IMG/VR virus record: IMGVR_UViG_3300028535_000001
Reading direction: 5' to 3' (one strand)
DNA from: a virus
Length of the DNA: 64,000 nt
Made by a program: the position numbers and the translations under genes. Shown here one piece after another: positions 59,606-64,000 of this stretch. The notes beneath the pieces were generated by a model that saw only the letters and a list, made by a program, of their open reading frames with translations, made no database searches and was not told where the DNA came from. Every line of letters starts with the position of its first letter. The stretch's first letter is position 1.

Positions 59606-60034
59606 CTACACTAACTTAGCGTAGACTTTTGATGTTCCTGTTTTTAATGTTTCGTACTTGACTTCCATTTTAAGGCCGCCCTCTTTTTTATGAGATATAC
59701 CATCATCATTTATATCAGAACCATCTACATCTTTACCAAATCTTCCACCATGTTGTCTTACTTCTGCTGTAACTGTTCCGTTATCACCTTCCATATTAAC
59801 AGGACTAACTTCTAGACCTATTTGGGATAACTTTGTTCTTAACTCATCAACTGCAAAAGCAGGTTTTAAATATTCTCTCTCACCAATTGCTCCTACAAAT
59901 GCATTAACTCTTTTTAATACATCAGGATCATGTATGTTGTGAACACCGATAGCGCCGTCTTCTACGGCATTAACTTCAGGAGTTCCAACACCAGGTGCCA
60001 ACTTCTCGTTTAAGTACTTCTTAAATGTTTTCAT
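59606..60034 (-). CDS. Probable virion protein (start revised to MKTFKKYL)
   Basis: MKTFK.YL.E N-terminus typical of T4-like head-targeted proteins. Confidence 0.6.
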   Translation of the reverse strand: MKTFKKYLNEKLAPGVGTPEVNAVEDGAIGVHNIHDPDVLKRVNAFVGAIGEREYLKPAFAVDELRTKLSQIGLEVSPVNMEGDNGTVTAEVRQHGGRFGKDVDGSDINDDGISHKKEGGLKMEVKYETLKTGTSKVYAKLV

Positions 60035-60144
60035 CTTTTGTTTCTTCCTTTTTATCTGTTTCTTTAGTTGATGTTTCAACAGGTTTTTTATCTGCTAATA
60101 CATCTTCCTCAAAATCTTTTAAATCTTCTTCTTTTATAAATGAT

Positions 60145-60375
60145 TTAAATTTCTTCATTTGTTTTTACCTTATTCAAACTTTCATATCCACTTTCTTGTG
60201 GGTTTGCTTTTTTCAATAGTTTTTCTGTTTGTTGTATAGCACCATTGATTGCATTTAAATTTGCTTTCATTTGGCCAACATTCAACTCAACTTGTTTAAT
60301 TTTAGCGGAAAGATCATTAAATTCTTTAATTAATAATTCCTTTTCCTCTGTTAATACTTTTTCATCAATTACCAT
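60145..60375 (-). CDS. Coiled-coil hypothetical protein
   Basis: AGGAG RBS; NLNAINGAIQ. Confidence 0.65.
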   Translation of the reverse strand: MVIDEKVLTEEKELLIKEFNDLSAKIKQVELNVGQMKANLNAINGAIQQTEKLLKKANPQESGYESLNKVKTNEEI

Positions 60376-60399
60376 AATATATCTCCTATTAATTATATA

Positions 60400-60861
60400 T
60401 TAAGCTACTACGTGACCACTACCGCCAATTACATACCAAAAACTAGACTTGTACATCATAGTTACTGACTCACCTGGAGCATTTAATGTAACCGTTGTAC
60501 CTTGTTTAAAGTTTGCTGGTGTTATTGCCACTGCATTTGTTCCACCTGTAGACGAATTTAAAATTGTTTTAACTTGTCCATCTGTAGAAGCAGCCGCTAA
60601 TGAGGTTGGTGCTGTGTTTGAAGTAGCGTCAACCAATGTCACAGCTGTTGTTAAGTTCGCCGCTTGAGACGAGCCACTTGCTGTTATTGTTTGTGCTGTT
60701 TGTTTAAGAGCTATCCAACTTGGAATATTGTTGAATACATCTTCAGCTGATATTTTTTTGTTAATAGGTGTACCACTTGGGTCATCAATTACGTGAAATA
60801 AATCTGCTGTATCTAGAGCGTTACCTAAATCGGTAAGCTGTGTTACTTTTTTGTCTGCCAT
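60400..60861 (-). CDS. Virion structural/fibre-like protein
   Basis: MADKKVTQLT.L, D....PINKKI; A/T/S-rich; DGQ.KTI. Confidence 0.65.
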   Translation of the reverse strand: MADKKVTQLTDLGNALDTADLFHVIDDPSGTPINKKISAEDVFNNIPSWIALKQTAQTITASGSSQAANLTTAVTLVDATSNTAPTSLAAASTDGQVKTILNSSTGGTNAVAITPANFKQGTTVTLNAPGESVTMMYKSSFWYVIGGSGHVVA

Positions 60862-60930
60862 TTTTTCTCCTTTTAAAACCCTTTTCGGGAATGCTACTGT
60901 AGGTAATTGCCTACATCAATTATTATATTA

Positions 60931-60956
60931 TATAGGTGTCCTTTCGGACACCTATA
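60931..60956 (-). terminator. Perfect GAAA-tetraloop hairpin
   Basis: TATAGGTGTCC-GAAA-GGACACCTATA. Confidence 0.7.
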
Positions 60957-60983
60957 ATTCTTTTAGACTATGTATTAAACGTC

Positions 60984-61382
60984 TTATTCTGTAAATACAG
61001 CTTCTTCACCTGATTGAGGTGTGTTAGTTATATCAACAGCTTCACCGGCACCATCGTTGATAGTTCCACCATTTAGGTCTATTGCGTTAGCCCCTATAGT
61101 CAATTTATCGCCTGGTGTTTGATCGGTATCCATAGTATCTGTGTCTGCACCGTAAATTGTTGAAAACTGAAGTTCATCACCAGTGCTATCCTTCCACACC
61201 ATTTGAGCTGTTCTTCCAACACCATCACCCCAGTCACCACCAGCATTATCGTTAATTAAATTTAATATTGGTGATCCTGTTACTGTAACGTCTTCGTCAA
61301 ATAATACGTAAGCATTAACTGTTCCACCGCTAAGTGTAACTGTTCTATCTGTTCCAAATTTTATGCTAGTTATATTAGCCAT
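60984..61382 (-). CDS. Ig-like virion protein (paralog of 61528-62100)
   Basis: FDEDVTVTGSP, LTIGANAIDLNGGTI. Confidence 0.65.
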   Translation of the reverse strand: MANITSIKFGTDRTVTLSGGTVNAYVLFDEDVTVTGSPILNLINDNAGGDWGDGVGRTAQMVWKDSTGDELQFSTIYGADTDTMDTDQTPGDKLTIGANAIDLNGGTINDGAGEAVDITNTPQSGEEAVFTE

Positions 61383-61527
61383 TGTTTTTCTCCTTTTAAT
61401 TGTTTTTTTATAAGCTTATAATATAAAGTTCTACACTTTACAATTAAATTGTTAAACGTAGAAGAGCTCCTTCTAGTTAGAGACCATTGGTATACGTATA
61501 CCAATTGTAGTCAAATCTGTTTATTTA

Positions 61528-62100
61528 TTAAGCAACAACCGTTAATGATCCAGCAGCTGTACCTATACCAGCAGAGCTAGTAATAGTAGAGTTAGTGGAT
61601 GTATTTCTATCCTTAACTGTACCGCCGTTTAAGTTCATTGCGTTTGCGCCTACTGTTAATACATCGTTAGCAGCTGTGGCAGCGTTGCCAGCAGGTATTA
61701 CCAATGCAAAAACTAGTTCGTTTGTATCTGTACCACTAGCATAAGCTAGGTTGTGAGGTCCACGGCCTGAGCCAGTACCTTGGTTTCCATTTTGTACTGC
61801 AACATATGGAGCACCTGTTACTGTCACGTCTTCGTTAAATCTAACTCTGACAGACATAGAGTAACCTGCTGATTTATCAGCAGTTGTTGTAATCCATTCT
61901 ATTTCAGTTATGTCAGCAGACCCCATAGCCGTAGCTAATTGTCCCACTGAAACTAAAACTTCTGGTGTTGCATTTGTATTGTCATTTCCTGACCATACAG
62001 AACCCGCTTCTCTAACCCAGCCTGAAGCAGTAGCGTATACTTCCTTCTTCTCAGCCTCGGTCAAATTTTTGGGCTTAATATCGTTTCCCCATAAAGACAT
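61528..62100 (-). CDS. Ig-like virion protein
   Basis: MSLWG; FNEDVTVTGAP, YASG..TNELVF, LNGGTVKD; late promoter upstream. Confidence 0.7.
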   Translation of the reverse strand: MSLWGNDIKPKNLTEAEKKEVYATASGWVREAGSVWSGNDNTNATPEVLVSVGQLATAMGSADITEIEWITTTADKSAGYSMSVRVRFNEDVTVTGAPYVAVQNGNQGTGSGRGPHNLAYASGTDTNELVFALVIPAGNAATAANDVLTVGANAMNLNGGTVKDRNTSTNSTITSSAGIGTAAGSLTVVA

Positions 62101-62147
62101 AATTCTCTCCTTTAAATTTAAATTTACTTTATTGTTATAACTTATAC

Positions 62148-62155
62148 TATTTATA
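62148..62155 (-). promoter_or_regulatory. T4-type late promoter TATAAATA
   Basis: Exact motif; other copies at 2052, 8206, 13120, 14164, 18501, 27371, 46401, 52836 and 53191. Confidence 0.75.
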
Positions 62156-62166
62156 AGAAAAGTAGA

Positions 62167-62652
62167 CTAGAAACCTAATGACTTTAACTGTCGGATTGTG
62201 TTTGTAGTTGTAGTATGGTAGATTCCTATACCACCTCTTTGTGTGAATTGGTCTACGTTTTTCTTAAAATCATCTATTAATACAGCAGGTTGGCCTTGTG
62301 ACTTTGCGAAACTCTGCTTTTGTATTCGTCTTACCAAGTTAATTCTGTTCATGTTGGATACGCCAACATTTTTTTTTAACCATTTTATTTTACCTGGTTT
62401 ACAATTAGGATCATTTGGTGAATAAGCAGATAAGATATGTGGTTTATACCTTGATATAAAACTCCATAACTGTCTACCTCCAGGCATCCAAGGCATATCT
62501 GACCAAAATTTAGGAGTTTTTTTAATTATATTCCAATGTTTATCTGAATCAGATTGATTAAATGTAGTTCCTGTTGCCTTCTTAGCAGCAGTCATAAAAT
62601 CTGCAATGACACCGTCCATGTCACAATATATTCTAGGTAGTTGTTTTGCCAT
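62167..62652 (-). CDS. HAD-family 5'(3')-deoxyribonucleotidase-like protein
   Basis: IYCDMDGVIADF, ILSA, GK.KW, LIDD...N. Confidence 0.85.
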   Translation of the reverse strand: MAKQLPRIYCDMDGVIADFMTAAKKATGTTFNQSDSDKHWNIIKKTPKFWSDMPWMPGGRQLWSFISRYKPHILSAYSPNDPNCKPGKIKWLKKNVGVSNMNRINLVRRIQKQSFAKSQGQPAVLIDDFKKNVDQFTQRGGIGIYHTTTTNTIRQLKSLGF

Positions 62653-62669
62653 AGCAATACTTAACCTTT

Positions 62670-63377
62670 TTAAAATGAGTGATTTATTTTTGGATTCATT
62701 TCAACAGGAGATTTTGGTTCGCCAGTCATAGTTTTACCTTTTGGGTTAGCTAATTTCTTATCTCTCTCTGTTGTATCTAAAGGCACATTAGATGGCATGG
62801 CTTCTGTATCAGTTTTAACTGTACGTTTAACCATAGCTTCAGTCTTCATTTTATCTCTTAAATGTTTGTATGCAATACCAACTGATAAAGGAACTTCTCC
62901 TGTTTCTTTATTAGGCATTGGCTTAACAGCCTTATGTTTTTCATTTTCTAATTTCTGTTTTAATAATTCAACTTGACCTTTAAGTTTAATCATATCGGCT
63001 TCAGTTCCACCTTCTTTACTATCGCCACCATCTTTAAGTGCTCTAATCTTAGCGATCTTAACACCAGGTTTATTATCTTTTGCTATTGGTGGTATTTTTT
63101 TACTGTCTTCCGTTTTAAAATACTTAGCGTCTTGTTCTAATTTTTCTGTAGTTTCAGCCGCCTTTTTCCAATCAACATTTTCTTTAACTGTTTGTTTACT
63201 GTCAATCTTACTAAAGAACTCTGTCTTTTCTTTAGGCGTCATAGCACCAACACCGGCTCTACCAGTTTTGTCCAATTCTTTTTTGAACATTTCTTTATAA
63301 CCAGATTCGTTTGTGTGGATATTCATTTGTTTTGCCATATCCTCTAAACTGTTTGGTTTATTTTTTAAATAACTCAT
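62670..63377 (-). CDS. Charged low-complexity protein, probable head internal protein
   Basis: K/E-rich; PN.ETGEVPL.VG.A. Confidence 0.55.
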   Translation of the reverse strand: MSYLKNKPNSLEDMAKQMNIHTNESGYKEMFKKELDKTGRAGVGAMTPKEKTEFFSKIDSKQTVKENVDWKKAAETTEKLEQDAKYFKTEDSKKIPPIAKDNKPGVKIAKIRALKDGGDSKEGGTEADMIKLKGQVELLKQKLENEKHKAVKPMPNKETGEVPLSVGIAYKHLRDKMKTEAMVKRTVKTDTEAMPSNVPLDTTERDKKLANPKGKTMTGEPKSPVEMNPKINHSF

Positions 63378-64000
63378 TAATTTTTATCTCCTCTTTTGTG
63401 TTTTAGCCATAATCTTTCTTTAATAGGTGAAGTATTTCTACCCATTTTATCTATTTTAAAACCTTTAGCTCTTAATTTTTGTGCCTTGTTTTGTATATCT
63501 TGTAAAGTTTCTCCATCTTCAAAGCCAGCATGTTTACCATACTTATCACTATAAGAAATTCTAAAATCTGATTTGCCTTCTTCTAATTCTTTTCCTTTAG
63601 GTTCATGTTCTGCTTTTCTCATGTAGTTTCTTTTCATAGCGGCCTTCATTGCTTTTTTCCATACACTACCTTTTTTAGATGATGTATTAGCACCATCTTT
63701 TTCTTCTAATTCTTTTCCTTTAGGTTCAACTTCACTTTTTAATTTTTTAAATGTTTTATCTCCATGATAACCGCCAGAAGCTTTTCTTGCACCCCAAATT
63801 TCCTCTATTGATTCATTGGCTCTTTTCAATGCCTTAGCAACACTTGGATGATTTGCTAAACCTTTTGCAAGTTTTTCAATTGCCTTATAAGCACCTGAAT
63901 AATTACCACCTTTGTATCTAGGGTCATTTAATATACCAAATGCCATCTTGATTTGTTTGTCAGTATATTCTACTAGAGTTTCTTCTGTAGCAATTTTTTT
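63377..64000 (-). CDS. Large modular head/internal protein (5'-truncated by the window)
   Basis: Frame open to the window edge; repeated EPKGKELEE. Confidence 0.55.
   Translation of the reverse strand, partial: KKIATEETLVEYTDKQIKMAFGILNDPRYKGGNYSGAYKAIEKLAKGLANHPSVAKALKRANESIEEIWGARKASGGYHGDKTFKKLKSEVEPKGKELEEKDGANTSSKKGSVWKKAMKAAMKRNYMRKAEHEPKGKELEEGKSDFRISYSDKYGKHAGFEDGETLQDIQNKAQKLRAKGFKIDKMGRNTSPIKERLWLKHKRGDKN

Noticed and set aside
1-64000. Alternative genetic code
   Set aside because: Core genes translate full length in the standard bacterial code

Overview
A 64-kb AT-rich segment of a T4-like myophage genome, almost all coded on the minus strand. The host is most likely an alphaproteobacterium of SAR11/Pelagibacter type, inferred from a permuted alphaproteobacterial-type tmRNA, AapJ, CspA and a gene order like that of pelagimyophages. 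It carries baseplate/tail genes (gp5, hub, gp53, gp48, gp4, tape-measure candidate, gp51/gp26, gp54-like, gp2) and replication, transcription and nucleotide genes (gp32, gp59, gp33, RNase H, gp61, nrdA/nrdB, glutaredoxin, thyX, RuvC-like). There are many auxiliary genes: IscA, SufE, radical SAM plus SPASM-like, 2OG-Fe(II) oxygenase, QueC-like, serine hydrolase, SET domain, a glycosyltransferase island and AapJ. Spanins and probable virion proteins lie toward the right end. Four features stand out: (1) a late-promoter-driven operon csgF-csgG-curlin-like protein-FecR/acidic protein-CHASE2 adenylate cyclase; (2) a two-piece permuted tmRNA missing from the ORF track; (3) a probable -1 frameshift fusing gp26 to gp51; (4) a roughly tenfold local enrichment of GGCC over about 2 kb around gp5. 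All calls come from reading motifs by eye; no searches were run.
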